Under the pieces are notes generated by a model. That model was given only the letters and a program-made list of their open reading frames with translations, made no database searches and was not told the origin of the DNA. The position numbers and the translations under genes are program-made. Shown piece after piece: positions 12,830-26,387 of a stretch of DNA of 64,000 bases. Every line of letters begins with the position of its first letter. Within the stretch, counting starts at the first letter, position 1. The DNA is from Camelus dromedarius. Its lineage: Eukaryota. The stretch spans positions 7,564,001 to 7,628,000 of the forward strand of contig NC_087437.1 of the NCBI RefSeq assembly GCF_036321535.1, given 5' to 3'.

Positions 12830-13808
12830 GTTGAGTACTACTTCTCCAAAACCCTTGGGGCTAGATGTGTTTCGGAATTAAGAATTTTTCACAATGGACT
12901 ATGTAAAATGGTAGGGAAGTTTCTTAAAAAACTAAAAATAGAGCTTCCATATGATCCAGCAATCCCACTCCTGGGCATATATTAGAGAAAACTCTAATTC
13001 AAAAAGATACAAGCACTCCAGTGTTCATAGCAGCACTGTTTACAAAAGCTAAGACATGTAAACAACCTAAATGCCCATTGACAGATGACTGGACATAGAA
13101 GTTGTAGTATGTACATATACATACAATGGAATACTACTCAGCCATAAAAAAGAATAAAAGTAATGCCATCTGCAGCAACATGTTTGGACCTAGAGATTAT
13201 CATACTAAGTGAAGTAAGTCAGACAAAGACAAATATCATATGATATCACTTACGTGTGGAATCTAAAAAAATGAGACACATGAACTTATTTACAAAACAG
13301 AAACAGACTCACAGATGTAGAAAACAAATCTGTGGTTTCCAGGGCGAAGATGGAGGGATAAATTGGGAGTTTTGGATTTGCAGATACAAACTACTATATA
13401 GAAAATAGATAAACAACAAGGACCTACTATATAGCACAGGGACCTATATTCAGTATTTTATAATAATGTATAAGGAAAAAGAATATGAAAAAGAATATAT
13501 ATATAACTGAATCACTATACTGTATACCAGAAACTAACACAACATTTTAAATCAATTATACTTCAATTTAAAAAAAGAATTTTTCAGATGTTCATTAAGA
13601 TCATATGATGCATGTACTAAATGTTACCTAACGCCCTGTTGGAGTCAGCGGTGAAACATATTGTTATTCACGCAATGTGGGAAACATTAAAATATAAATA
13701 GCCTCCCACCAGTTCAGATGAGGTTTGCAGATAAGAGAATTTGTGCTAAGCTTTCAAAAAGCTTCGCATTTTCAGAGTTGTTTTTTTTTTAAACTTTTGG
13801 AATCAAGT
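12830..13808. mobile_element. TcMar-Tigger MITE (MER46C-like) split by an L1 insertion
   Basis: ccaaaacccttggggctagatgtgtttcggaattaagaattttt continues after the L1 as ...cagatgttc...gcattttcagag...ttttggaatc. Family name is from recall. Confidence 0.6.
12892..13574 (+). mobile_element. 5'-truncated L1 (end of ORF2 and 3'UTR)
   Basis: Peptide FLKKLKIELPYDPAIPLLGIY, artiodactyl-type 3'UTR, A tail, perfect 12-bp TSD AAGAATTTTTCA at 12880-12891 and 13575-13586. Confidence 0.95.
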
Positions 13809-13811
13809 GAT

Positions 13812-13930
13812 TTTTTACTAAGGAGTAAATTAAGGCTTAGAGAAGTTAAGTGACTTGTTACATAGTTGTGTGGGAATTTGGACATGGCCTTGGCTGGCCA
13901 CAGTCTCCATAGTCTTCACCACACGGTACC
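13812..13930 (-). mobile_element. MIR SINE remnant
   Basis: aaattaaggcttagagaagttaagtgacttg...ggaatttggac. Confidence 0.65.
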
Positions 13931-14862
13931 ACCTCTACAGAAGCGGTGACCCTTACTTGTAAATATCTGTCCTGTATATAAAGGCATGTACATGTGCATG
14001 GATGGCTGGATAGCTGTAAAGGAACTACAATAATAGATGTCACTAATAATGTGAAAATCTAACCATTTTCTGGGGATGACTATGCTGTCTCTGGGAATAG
14101 TTTTATACTGTTTCTAGCATGGGACCAGCTATAATATTAGTAATGACAAAAGTATCTTGTAATACTTTGAAGATCTAATTATGATAAATCTAATTAATGA
14201 CAATTAAATGACTTAATTTTGATAAACTATCTAAATTATGATATATTGTAAGGACCACATTTTCTCCATTATCCTGCTAATTAACAGAGAAAATTTTGCA
14301 TAAATTATAGATGAAGGCAATCTCATTTATTTTAACAGAACTTTAGAATGTAAATTCAAGGAGTTGTTTGGCTGGAGGCCATTGTCTATTACTGGGTACT
14401 TACTTTATTGGCAATTTCCAGCTGAAAAATGTGAGGTCCCACAAATACAGGATAAGAATGTTCTCATACAACACAGACCTCTAGTTTATGTAAGAACATT
14501 ACAGAGACAGAAGGTTCTGGAAAGATCTGAAAATGCTGAGATTGTGGTTATTAAAACATTTGACATGCATTTAATGTGGCCACCAAATGATTTATTTTTC
14601 CTTCCTAAGGACTGTTTTTTAATCTTAAGAGTTATCAGAGACATTAACAGAAAAATGTTCTTCCTTGTATTGAAATTCAGCATAGACTTAGTTTTACCAA
14701 AATATATTGATTTTGGGCAGGCCATGATTTATAGTTAGGGAAAGGTAATTTTTTTTAAACATTACCTATCCTTTCATTATTTAGTCTCATAACTTTATTT
14801 CAGACTATTATATTCCACTTGTGTGTGTGTGTATGTATGTGTGTGATTGTGTGTGTGTTACC

Positions 14863-15471
14863 CAGATGACCCTCATTATCTGCAGTAGTTGTGTTCTCTA
14901 AAGCTGTCGTAGACACTAAATTAGCAAATACGGAATGGTGCTCCTAGGGAAAGGACAGGGTTAGGTTCTGCTGAGCCTCTGGTCACTGCATTTTTGTCAA
15001 CTGATTAATACATGATTTTGTTCTTTGCACCTCATTTAATTATTGTTGATTCATTAACATTGACCTCAGGAGCCACAGCACTGGAACTCATGCCTGAACA
15101 AATGTATCTGACTTCTCCGTACCTTCTCCGGAAGGCACCTCACAGCCTTCTTGGGCTTCGGAGCACTAGACAGCACTTCAGCCCTCCGCTGGGTGGCTGT
15201 TTCACACAGCCACATCACCAACAGAAAGCACACACATGAGAAAAATGTGACTAAATAGACCGTGAAAAGGACACTTGTTTACACTACGAGACCTGAACCA
15301 GGAAGGCAGAGCATCCTCCTGTCCCCCCTCAGGTGAGGACTCAGATGTTTCAGTGCTCTCTGCAGATCTGTGAACACCCTAAAGCACAGGTATTGATTTT
15401 GTGGTTGCAGATACATTTCAGTGGGTAGGAAATTCACAAATCAGGAATCCACAAGTAATGAAGATTGACTG
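14863..15471 (-). mobile_element. Non-autonomous TcMar-Tigger element (MER82-like), near full length
   Basis: Decayed terminal inverted repeats CAGATGACCCTCATTATCTGC ... CCACAAGTAATGAAGATTGACTG followed by TA. The internal sequence matches my recall of this Tigger derivative. Confidence 0.8.
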
Positions 15472-16139
15472 TATAAGGGTGCATTTGTGACACCTCTTGG
15501 TTAGTCTAGGGTCGAAATTCTCTGCTGTTATGTTCTACCTTTTAATTCATGATACTTTGTGGATAGCCAAGCCTTTCTGTGCTCCCATTTTTTGGTAGTC
15601 ATAAACAGATACCTCCAAGTGCAGTATTTACTGTCTTTTATGTACATGCATATTAAATACCTGAGTATTTAAGTGCAACCATATTTACAAACACATGTAT
15701 TATTTGTAGGTACACACAGAGACAGAGAGAGCAAGAGAGAAAGTGAGGATGAAGGAGAGAGAGAAGGAGAGAGAGCCAGGACATGCTGATGTACAGAAGA
15801 AAGTAATTTTTAAAAGTAATGAGCCTCCTAATTCTTCGTGCATTTCTGTAGCAGCCTGCTTAAAAATTCCTTGAAGTACATAAAATTGGCTTACCCTCTT
15901 CTGTTTATAGACAATTAAAATGAAAAGCCTTCATAATTAATATAAGCTTAACATTATTTTAAAATGCTGTTAATGGGAAGTCATCCATCTTCTGACATAG
16001 TTAATTCACTTTTTGCCACACTGTTAGCTACTGAATTTGAACATGTCATTATACATTAGAAGGTGGTGCTTTGTTTGCTTTTTTTTTCTCCTTCTTAATA
16101 TGAGAGTCAGTGGCACGTTTGCTTGGTATATTACCAATT

Positions 16140-17105
16140 CAATTCTTTATTCATTTATCAAAATTAATTTATGCCTTCTAGCAACACTGAATAGCACAGG
16201 AAAGTAAATACAGTAATTGCGTGGCCCTTTTCCAGGAAATTCTACATTCGATTGTTGGTGAGATCTAGAACCGAGGCCTCTTGGAAATAAATGAATCCAC
16301 TGGTTTGTAGTGTATTAAATTTTGTACTTAGAGATTTTTTTCACTGCCATATTTTTGGATCACAGAAATACTTGGTCAGTTTAATTGTTTTGTCCATTTG
16401 AAAAAATAATTGGGAATAGGGAATAAAAAGTAGGTGCTCTGTCAATCCCCTGATCTCCAGGCTGTAACTCAGTGCCTCGAACATCAGTTCAGCCGCCACT
16501 AATGCAGATCCCTGTATTACACATTGTCGAGGGAGTGGCTGAAATCAAGGTATGAACCTTCCTGTCTCAAGACGCACTATAGGGAGGGAGAGGTAAGATT
16601 AAAACCCAGTGTGTAATGGAAAGTTATCCGAGAACTAACAGCAAAGAGTATGAACTGATAAAGGAGGCTGATGCTTTAAGGAGACTAGAAAAGGCAGCAT
16701 TTAGACTGGGACTTGTATTCTGAGTAGAATCTGTGAGGTAGGAAGGGAGAGTGTGGTTCTACAGCAGATTTTGCTGGAGTAGGACATTCCTAAAGGTGGA
16801 TAGTAGGGTGGCAGATTTTTTCAAGGCCGGAATGGTGATTTGGTTCAAGTTTTGGAAGCTCAGTAATATGGTTGGATGTTAACAAATAGACAATAAAGAA
16901 CTATCACAAAATATTGAGCTGGTAAAGTCAGAGTCTTAAATTCCCTCTAGCAATGGAGTTTAGAAGGATTAGAAGAGACGAGGTACAGGAGACAAAGAAA
17001 CCAGTTAGGAATCGTGTTAGTGATGTCAAAAGACCTGAACCAGAGAAGGAAATTTGAAACAGGAAGTTGGAGGTGCCTGCCAGTGACATTGTTGAGAAAG
17101 AATAT
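16140..17105 (-). mobile_element. Fragmented ancient L2 remnants
   Basis: L2-tail-like text at 16146-16265, then body-like segments (gcatttagactgggacttg..., aaaccagttaggaatcg...aagacctgaaccagag). Highly decayed. Confidence 0.5.
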
Positions 17106-17708
17106 GTCTTTAATGTGATAAATACTGCTCATTTGGCCAAGATATGCTTTGCTCCAAACACTGAGTTTTTGTAGAGAACTGACTGCTACGTATTGTTGCT
17201 CAGGTTTTATGCAGAGTGGGGTAATGTTTATTATTTGTTTCTCTGCAGTTTTGCAGAATGTGGTAATGCTCAGATATCGCACATGCGTGATCCATTTTTG
17301 AATAGCAGGGACAAAATATTTCACCTACCCCTAGAATTATGTTGCTGAATAATCTTTATTACTCATTCAGAAGATACTTTCTTATCATGGGGGTTGGTGT
17401 CAACATTAAGAATATCAGTTATCATGTTACTTTATTTTTTATAACATTGCTGATTAATAGAACTCAAAGGAAGAGCTTACAGTAGTATACTTCACTTAAT
17501 CAGTAATTATTACAGTAATCTGCTTCAATTATCCAGTATAGAAGCAACTTTGGAACGCAGCTTTGTTGCTTATTTTTGCCATAATTATTACTCTCTGAGA
17601 TGAAAGTTAATGAGGCAATCAACAAACTTTCTGGCACACACCTTCTTTAAAAGTAGAAACAGCTCCATCTCAGGGACTTTGGAAGATGTCATTGGTATTT
17701 CATGAGTA

Positions 17709-17709
17709 A

Positions 17710-17740
<31 letters not shown>

Positions 17741-17796
17741 AGTGTATATATATATATATATATTTATATATATAATACATAAGTATATATATATAT
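17709..17796. repeat. (TA)n microsatellite, interrupted
   Basis: Read directly. Confidence 0.95.
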
Positions 17797-19409
17797 TAGC
17801 TTTTCTTGTGAAATATATAATTTGAAATGAATTAATAGAGCTCAATAACAGTAGCAACAACAATAAAACCATTCCCCTTCTTAATCCCACAGAAATACCA
17901 TAATAGGGTATTGTTGTTTCAGCAAAGTCATGGTGGAAGCAGGGGTAAAGATGCTTGTTGAAACATTCTAAAAGTCTAGATGGAGGAGACGTCTGCATCC
18001 ATGAACATTGTCTACCATCTCAACTCTAATCATTGCCGGAAAGACCAGAATGATGGGTGTGATGTAAATGGCATTCATGGAAGTTTTGCAGTAGAGCTGA
18101 GGAGTAGAAAAGGAGAGACTTCTGGAGATGGACATGCTATTACAAGTATTTGTTAAAACACAGAAGAAGATCTGGGTTTCTGATACAAGACTGATGCTTT
18201 TAAACATGGCCAGAATGAGAAGAAATAGGTGAAACAGAGAAGTTTTGCAGCCAGAAACTTTTGTAAATTTGTACCAAGGATTTCATACTGAGCCCTCAAA
18301 ATATTTAAAAGTCGAATCAATCTTTTCTCCTAAAATATTTGGAGACTATATGTTAGGACAGACTAGACTATAACACACTGTAAAATTAAGTATTTCCACC
18401 CTCTCCCTACTTTCAGAACTCAGTAAAGGTGATCCAGTATGACCTACATTTGCCCAAATCCAACTTTTCCAATCAGAGCTGAAGGTTTTTGAAATAGGCA
18501 TTTCAAAGGATTCACAGAGCCATGCCGCTTACTGAAACAATTATGAAAGCCACTATTGAACTGTCTGATATTCATCACTGGATAAGCAGCAGGCTGTCAA
18601 AATGGAAGATTAGCTTTGACCTTAGGAATATTGCACTTTTTGAAATTAGCAATTTCCAGTGTTATTACAAGAATAAGCAATTACCAGTTTCATTAAGTTT
18701 GACCCTTGTAAAAGTAGTTTCATTTTGGGTGGGCTCACATGTCTTCTCAACCTGACTTCAAACATTCAAAAGTGCTGTTGTGGCTATAAAATCTCACTCA
18801 CTATACATATAAAGCAACTCAGTACCAAGGTATTTGTTTATTTTTGTAAATATTTTGTTTTGTTTGTTTGCTTTTAAAATCCTCCCAAAAGACTATTTGA
18901 CAGGCTACAAGGATGTACTCTTTGTAAAATATTCTGTGAGAGCTTATTGTTAGATTGTTGCACCAAATCTGAAATGCATATTGCATTTAATATTTCTGCT
19001 GATAAGTGATGGCCATGTGTAATTTTATAGAGTGAGCACAGAAAAGGGTATTGGTTAGGGGAAATAGAATAAAATAGAACTTAAATTAGTTTAGTTGATT
19101 AGAGACATGAATATAGCATGGGACTATAAAAGATATGCAATGTGGGAGATGGTCTAGAATATTAACAAATACTAGCTACCTTAGGGAGGATTCACATCTT
19201 TACAACATCGTATTTCTTTCCAATAATATGGTTTTTCTTTCTTGTCAATTACTTTTGTGGAAAATTTTTGATAGTGAGACTAAAAAAGTTTGCTCCAACA
19301 AACATTCAGAGATATTTATCAAGAAGAAAATTGACGTGGAAGGGTTGTGTGCTGGCGTTTGCTCTGATCACTCTCACATCTATTCTTGTCATCTTCCTGG
19401 CTTGTTCTA

Positions 19410-22400
19410 TTTTTCATTCAACTCCAGAAGTTGGAATAAGAAAAGTAGAATAAAATTAAAGAACAGAGGAGGAAAAAAGAAGGAGGAACAAAGATCAAAA
19501 ATGTCCGTTATAAGGGTAAGAAAGAGATGATCAGCAAAACCAAAAGTTTTGTTTGAAGAAATTAATGATAAATATCTGTCAAGATCGATCTGGAAAAAGA
19601 GAAAAGACACAAAAAATGAATTTGGAATAAAAAGAGGCACATAGATTTTTTTTAAATCTCTGTGATTTTCGTGAGCATCTTTAAGCAAATGGAAAAGTTT
19701 ATATGAAATGGATGACTATCCAAAATGGACTCTTAATAGAAAAACTGAATAAACAAATAGCCAGTAAAACATGGATTAACTAAAAAATGTTCATACTCCT
19801 CCCTTATTGTCCCTTTGCCTTGCACAGACAACAGTAAGTTGATGGAAAAGATATTCACTCTTCTATTTAAGAAACAGATAATCACTAATCTGGACAAACT
19901 GTTTCAGAAAAAAAATAAATAAATAAAAGTTTCTTAACCTAGAAATCTTGCTATAAAACAAGGACAAGGGTAGCTATAGAAAAGAAAATTAGGGACTGAT
20001 TCCTTCTGAATATGCAAACATATATATGTTATATTATATATACATTAGACATAATATTATATTACATTATATATGTACATATATATAATATATATATATA
20101 CATAATCTAACAAAGTGAATTCAGTGTTTTGTGTGTGACATTTATGTAGAAAATGACCAGATACTAGGATATCTGTATCACAGGAAAAGTATGGTTCTAT
20201 ATCAGAAAAAACTGTAATGTAATATACTCCATTAATAAAGGAGACTCTAATTGTTTAAAATTGCTGGAATGTGATGAATAAAAAACAAACAAACAGAACA
20301 GTTTTTCCTTTTTTTATTGTGGCAAAATGAATATAAAATTTATCTTCTTAAAAAAAATAAAGAAAACTCTAGATTGTCAAGAACAGCAAATATTCCTCAC
20401 TGCTCCATCCATTAAGAGGTGGAGTCCATTTCTCCACCCTTGAACCTGGGCTTGGTCCTGTGACTTGCTTTGGCCAATGGGACTTTAGCAACTATGATGA
20501 AAGAAGAGGCTTAGAAAGTGCTGTGCATATGGTCTGCCCCTCTCACGTTGCTTGGATGCTGTCATGTGAAGAAGTGAGCACTAACCTCTTGCATAATGAA
20601 AAGATGAGTGGAGAGGGAGCCCCAGTGGTCCCACTGAGCCCCTTTGACCTTCCTGCTGAAGATGCCTCATAACTGAGCCAAAGTGAGAACAGTAGAACTG
20701 CTCAGCCAACACACAGAATCATAATAAAAAAAAAGAACCAAAACTATTGTTTTAACCCACTGAGTTTTGAGACATCTTGTGACTCAGCAAAGGCTGAATG
20801 ACACATTAACACATAATCACATGCAGAACAATTTAACAGTTTTCAGTGCTTCTTCACTGGGAAACTCCGCAGCAAAATAGCCATAGAATTGTATTAACCT
20901 GATTAAACGTATTTATCTAAAACTGACACTTAATGTATTTAGTAGTGAAGCTTTAGAAACATCCCTATTAAAATTTGCAGCTAGTCAAGAATCCTACTGT
21001 TACATCGTTTGTTTAATATTGTACCAGACGTTCTAGCACATGTAATATGATAATAAAAAGAGAAATGAGATACATGAATTAGAAGGGATGGGAGATGTTT
21101 GTCTATGTAGGAAGCTCTGGAGAATGTACGTCCCGTTAGAATGAAAAACACACACAAGATTATGCTGAAGAATAACAACAAAATTTGGAGACCTGTTCTA
21201 CCAGATGGCAGATTTATTATTTATTAAATTACAATAAGTAGATAACAAGATAATGGGGCAGGCATAGAAAAATGGCCAGTGGAACAGAATACAGAATCAA
21301 GAAACAGGTCTCGATATGTGTAAAAACCATAGGGCAGAGATATTACAAATGAATTGGGAAAGGATGAGTTAACTCTTAAGTTTTAAGTGGACTAAAGACA
21401 AATAAATAAGTAATAAAAAATGAAATATAGGAGAATATCTTTCTGATCATAGGAAGGGAAGCATTTAAAAATATGTAAAAAGCACAAACTATAAAAAAGT
21501 TTGACAAATGCAACTGAATTAAAATTTACGATTATTCAACTATGACAACCACAACAACATTGCCCATTAAGATAGTTGAAATGCAAGCTATAGGCTAGAA
21601 GTAGATATTTACCATGTGCATGGCTGACAAAGGATTTCATGTACAGAATTTAGAAGAACTCCTTCTATTTGTCTAAAACGAAGTGGACAAAGGCAAATCA
21701 GGAAGGAAACTCTCATAGTAAGTGAACAGAGGAGAGGAAACAGAAAAAGTGCTCAACCTCGACAGTAACCCAGAAAATGCAAATTAACACATTTCACATT
21801 TGTACATCAGTATAAATTTTGAAAATCTGAATAGAACATGTATTGGCAAGAATTTGGAGAAAACAGGTTTTAAATATGCTTATATTACTATGACTTGAAA
21901 TAGCCCCCCCGGAAGAGCAATTTGGCAAGTTATAGTAAACTTGAACATGGGCATACTTTTTGTCAGAGCTATGCCACTTTTTGAGATACGATCTAGAAAA
22001 TAATCTGTTACCAGTATCTAAAGAGGTATGTCCGGAATGCTTGTTGCATTATTATTTGTAAAGCAAAATTTACTGAAAATTTGGTAAGGAAATTCTGCAT
22101 GTAATCATATAATGAATTACTAAACACCTGTGAAGGTGAACCATCTGTAACATGGAAGAATCTCAGAACACAATTTTGAGGGAGAAAAAGGTGAGTGTGT
22201 CACTGCTCATACAAAGTTTAGATTATATAAAAATATATATCATTTACAGACATATATGTGTGTAGTAATAGTATAATAATGGGTATGGAATGATAAACAC
22301 CAGCTTAGGGTAGTGAATGCAGCTATAGAAGAAGAGATAGAACTTGGATACAGAAATGTTTCAACTGCACATCTAAGACTTTGTATCCGAGATAATCTAA

Positions 22401-22470
22401 AGCAAAAATGGAAAATTTTTTAATTTAATAAAACTAGTTCAAGGTACAAGGACATGTCGTTCTCTAGAAC
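19410..22470 (+). mobile_element. Old, heavily decayed L1 (ORF2 remnants to 3'UTR, L1M-class) with nested MLT1 and (TA)n
   Basis: A-rich ORF2-like text in colinear order (agaagttggaataag..., cagtggaacagaatacagaatc, gacaaaggatttcatgtacagaat, gagcaatttggcaag), no open frame. Confidence 0.75.
20375..20805 (+). mobile_element. MaLR solo LTR (MLT1 family)
   Basis: ccattaagaggtggagtccatttctccacccttgaacctgggct...tgtgacttgctttggccaatgg...ttgttttaacccactgagttttg...cagcaaaggctgaatgacaca. Confidence 0.85.
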
Positions 22471-22897
22471 ATTCTAGACAGTAATGGTATTTCATTTAAA
22501 AATGGGATTTAAAGTCAACCTGTATTGTTGTTGATGCAGGACTTCTCAGAACCTTTATAATGCTAGGATGATCTATGACTCTCTAAGAGGTAAATGCAGT
22601 GTGCAGTGCTCCTCAGACACCTTTGACCAGAGAGTGAATTTTTAAGATGGATTTTTGAGACACTAGATTATTGCAGGATGAGTGGAAGAAATGCAAATTT
22701 AGAGATGGACAATGCTGTGGAATTCTTTTTCAATGCAAGTCACTGGGTTCTAGATGATCCTCTGCCTTGTGTTCAAAATATTCAACCAAAATGGTGAGAC
22801 TTTGTTATATATGATTTAGTTCGGGGGGGATTTAATGGAAAAATTATTCAAACTTGTGTCATAAAATGCCTATAGAATTTAAAAATTTCAGTAGATA

Positions 22898-23848
22898 TTT
22901 TACAGCTTTATTGAGTCTAATTTATATTTCATGAATTTTTTGCTAGTGTACAATTAAGTGATTTTTAGTTAATGTAGAGAGTTATGCCACCATCACCATA
23001 GTCTAGTTTTAGAGCATTTCTATCACCCACAAAATTCCCACCATCTTGTTAGTAGCCAATCCCTGTTGCCACCCCCAGGCTACAAATGATTTGCTTTCTG
23101 TCTCTAGAAATTTGCCTTTTCTGGATATTTCATACAGATGAAACCATACAGTACAGAGTCTTTTGAATCTGTCTTTTTTCACTTAGCATCATGTTTTTGA
23201 GGTTCATCCATGTCGTAGTATGTGTCAGTAATTTGTTCCTTTATATTGCTGAATAGTAGTCCATTGCTTGGATATACCACATTTGGTTTATCCATTCACT
23301 AACTGATGGTCGTTTAAATTGTTTCTAGTTTTTGGCTCTGAGTAATACTGCTATTACTGTACAAGTACAGTACAACTTGAACATTCATGTACAAGTCTTT
23401 TGTAGACATGTGTTTTTATTTCTCTTGAGTAATTCATAGGAGCGGAATTGTTGGGTCATTGAACATTTATGTATAACTTCTTAAAATGCTGCCAAACTAT
23501 TTTTAGAGTGTTTTATCATTTTACATCTCTACCAGTAATATATGTGGGTTCCTTTTTCTCCACATCCCTGCCAAAACTTGTTACTGTCTGTGTTTTGATT
23601 ATAGCCATCCAGATGAACATGTAACGGTATCTCAGTGTGGTTTTAATGTGCATTTTCCTAATGACAAATGATACGGAATGTCCTTTCATGTACTTATTAG
23701 CTATTTGATGTCTTCTTTGGTGAAATGTCTCTTCAGGTCATTTGCCATATTTTGTATTGAATTATTATTATTATTTATTGAGTAATAAGAGGTATAGTCT
23801 GGATACAAGCCCTCCACTAGATACAAGATTTGCAAATGGTTTTTTCTG
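22898..23848 (-). mobile_element. L1 3' end (L1MB-like), about 950 bp
   Basis: Antisense L1 3'UTR/ORF2 end: acagctttattgag..., ttcacttagcatcatgtttttgaggttcatccatg, ggaattgttgggtca, tctggatacaagcc. Confidence 0.9.
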
Positions 23849-25205
23849 TAAGAAATAATTTCATTTTAAATGGGCCTTTATTTTCATGTGTATCATATCT
23901 CTCACATGATCTTAATCTGGACAAAAAGTTCTCCTGAAGAGACAATTTAAAAGAGGATTATTATCACTATAGCAGATGCTATAGGTAGTTAGCATTTTTA
24001 TGCTCCTATGCTTTATTTGCCCTTTTTCTTTTAAAAGGCGATTTAAATCTTACGAAAAAATTGGTTCAAACTTATTAGAGCTCATGTGTTCCAATTACCG
24101 GTGATTCTGTCAAAGTAATTATCTTATATTTACTCTCCACATTTATCCAAAAGTATAACCATTGTTCGAAACATTCTCGGAGGTTTTCTCATGGTTTGCA
24201 TTCTGAGCAAGTTGTTAACCCCTCGCACACAGTGTACACACACAAACTCACACATGCTCATTTTCTCGGCTTCAAACTGTAAGTTCGTATTTTGCCAGTT
24301 GCAAACAGTAGTTGGGCAAACTCCAGTTGGCAAAATGAGTGTCTCATTTTGGGATTTAGTGAGAAAATAATAAAAATTATTCCCACATATGTTTTAAAAA
24401 ATAACAGTAGGTAACAATTCTAGAAGTCAAATGCATTTAAAGGAACCAGATTAAACAGCATTAAGCCTTGTTGGGGTAGGTAACTCTCCTCTGGAATCAC
24501 CTTCCCAGATTGTCTGGGCGATATTGCTGTATTGACACAACCCAGTGGGGTGCATTATCCCGTGGTTTTATTTTTTGCAGAGAGTGCCTCTTAAAGAAAG
24601 GAAAAAAAAAAGTTTTGCATCTTGCCCTTACTGGCTTGAAATGAATGTCCTTTACACTTGAATATGCCTTTTGTTTCATTTTCAAAAAAAGTCTCTCCAA
24701 AAGAAAGCCTTGTATAAACACCTGGCATTTCCCAAATTATTGTGTTGCTTAAGGGCACCTTTCCTGTGCCTTGTCTTTTATTCATATATTGAAAGGGCAG
24801 AGCGTAAACAGATCACTTTTGCATGCTTGCCCCTCACATGGTGTAAGAGGTGGGGCAGGGGGAATAATACGTATTCTTTGATGGGTTCTTTTTGTTCTGT
24901 TGAAGGATATATTTGAAAAAGGAAAAATCGCAACTTTCATACAGACGCAAAATAAACTGGTGTCAAAGATTTCATTTGACCTATTCTCAGAAAGGGAAGT
25001 ATGCAGATGTTGCAGTGTTTAAAGGAGAGGTCAGCGAATCTCAAATTGATGTGGAGCGAAGAAATGTTGAAATGAATTTACAAAAAGAGGTGTAACTGGC
25101 TTTTTCCATGGGGGATGATGAGGGGGTGGGGGACAATGCATGGTATTTCATGGGAGACATCCAGTAAGTTTTTCTGCTTATTCCAAACATCTGTACAGTC
25201 TTCAG

Positions 25206-25485
25206 CAGGGGTGGTCAAATTATTTTCTATAATATGTCAGATAGTAAATATCTAATTTATTAAATATCTATGATTTCCAACTCCACTCTGCCGTTGGAAC
25301 ATGAAAGCAGCCCTAGACAATATGTGAACAAATGGGCATGATTGTCTTTGAATAAAACTTTACTTATAGGCACTGAAATTTGAATTTCATATTATTTTCA
25401 TGTATCATGAAACATTATTCTTTTTTTAAAAAATTTCTCCCCAATCAAATTGGGATTATGAGCCAAATTTGGCTAACCTCTAATC
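25206..25485 (+). mobile_element. hAT-Charlie MITE (MER58B-like)
   Basis: caggggtggtcaaatt...cagatagtaaata...gaaagcagccctagacaatatgtgaacaaatgggcatg...aataaaacttta...cactgaaatttgaatttcata. Confidence 0.8.
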
Positions 25486-25576
25486 TACAGGGAATAACTT
25501 GAAAAACTCATAACTAAAATTAGCAGTGCTTTTTCAAACTATGTGATGTATGGTAATAAATTACCATACATAATAG

Positions 25577-25633
25577 CATCCATCTATCTACCTATCTGTG
25601 TATCTATTTATCTATCTATCATCTTCTATCTAT
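25577..25633. repeat. (TCTA)n degenerate microsatellite
   Basis: Read directly. Confidence 0.8.
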
Positions 25634-26387
25634 AAATGTATATACATATAAATAATAGCATTAAAGAACAACAATAAAGCTTTTTGCTAAAATAGCCAAA
25701 AAAACCACGATTGGTTGAGTAAAGTTTACTCTACCTTGTTGTTGACTCAAGTTACATCACCCTAGTTTTGTCCTTCATTTTAGTTGTAAGACTCAAAAGC
25801 ATATGATCAGGTCAAAACTGCCTTAATCTTGAAGTGATTCTCTTTTCAGAATTTCCTTTACAAACTCACATGGAGTTCCAAGATACAGTGGAACTGTAGA
25901 TATGAGTATTTCCCTTTTGTTAAGTAATGTTTTTAAATTGCGTATGTAAAAATCAAAACAGTCCTTGGGAATAAACTTTTACCAGCTCTCATGCACTCAT
26001 TGGCTGAATAAATCAGTGATTCCATAAATCAGGAAAAGCTGTAAAATTGTATTTTTATATATTTATGTTTATCTATTACTGTGGCTTACAACTACTATGG
26101 ACATACTAAGTTCCTCAGATATATTCTTGGGGTCCATGAGCTCTTAATAGGTTCTAAAAGATGTAATTTTATTTTTATGAACGATCAAATAAAATTATAA
26201 GTGTATTTTCTATTTTACTGGATTCCCACTTTATGACCAAGTACTGCTGGAACAGTTTTTGCTTCTATACTTTCGCTTATTTTTTTAGTGGGCTTTAGCG
26301 AGTGTTTCAAGTGTAACATTTACCATGACATTGGTCCAACTATGATCTTTGGCTCCTTGTCGTGGAATATTCAAATATATTCTAGCT

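Noticed and set aside
16237..16258. 22-nt microexon candidate (ttttccag|...TTG|gtgaga)
   Set aside because: Lies in an antisense L2 tail remnant; no supporting context.
18090..18310. Possible CR1/L3 remnant
   Set aside because: Similarity too weak to support without an alignment.
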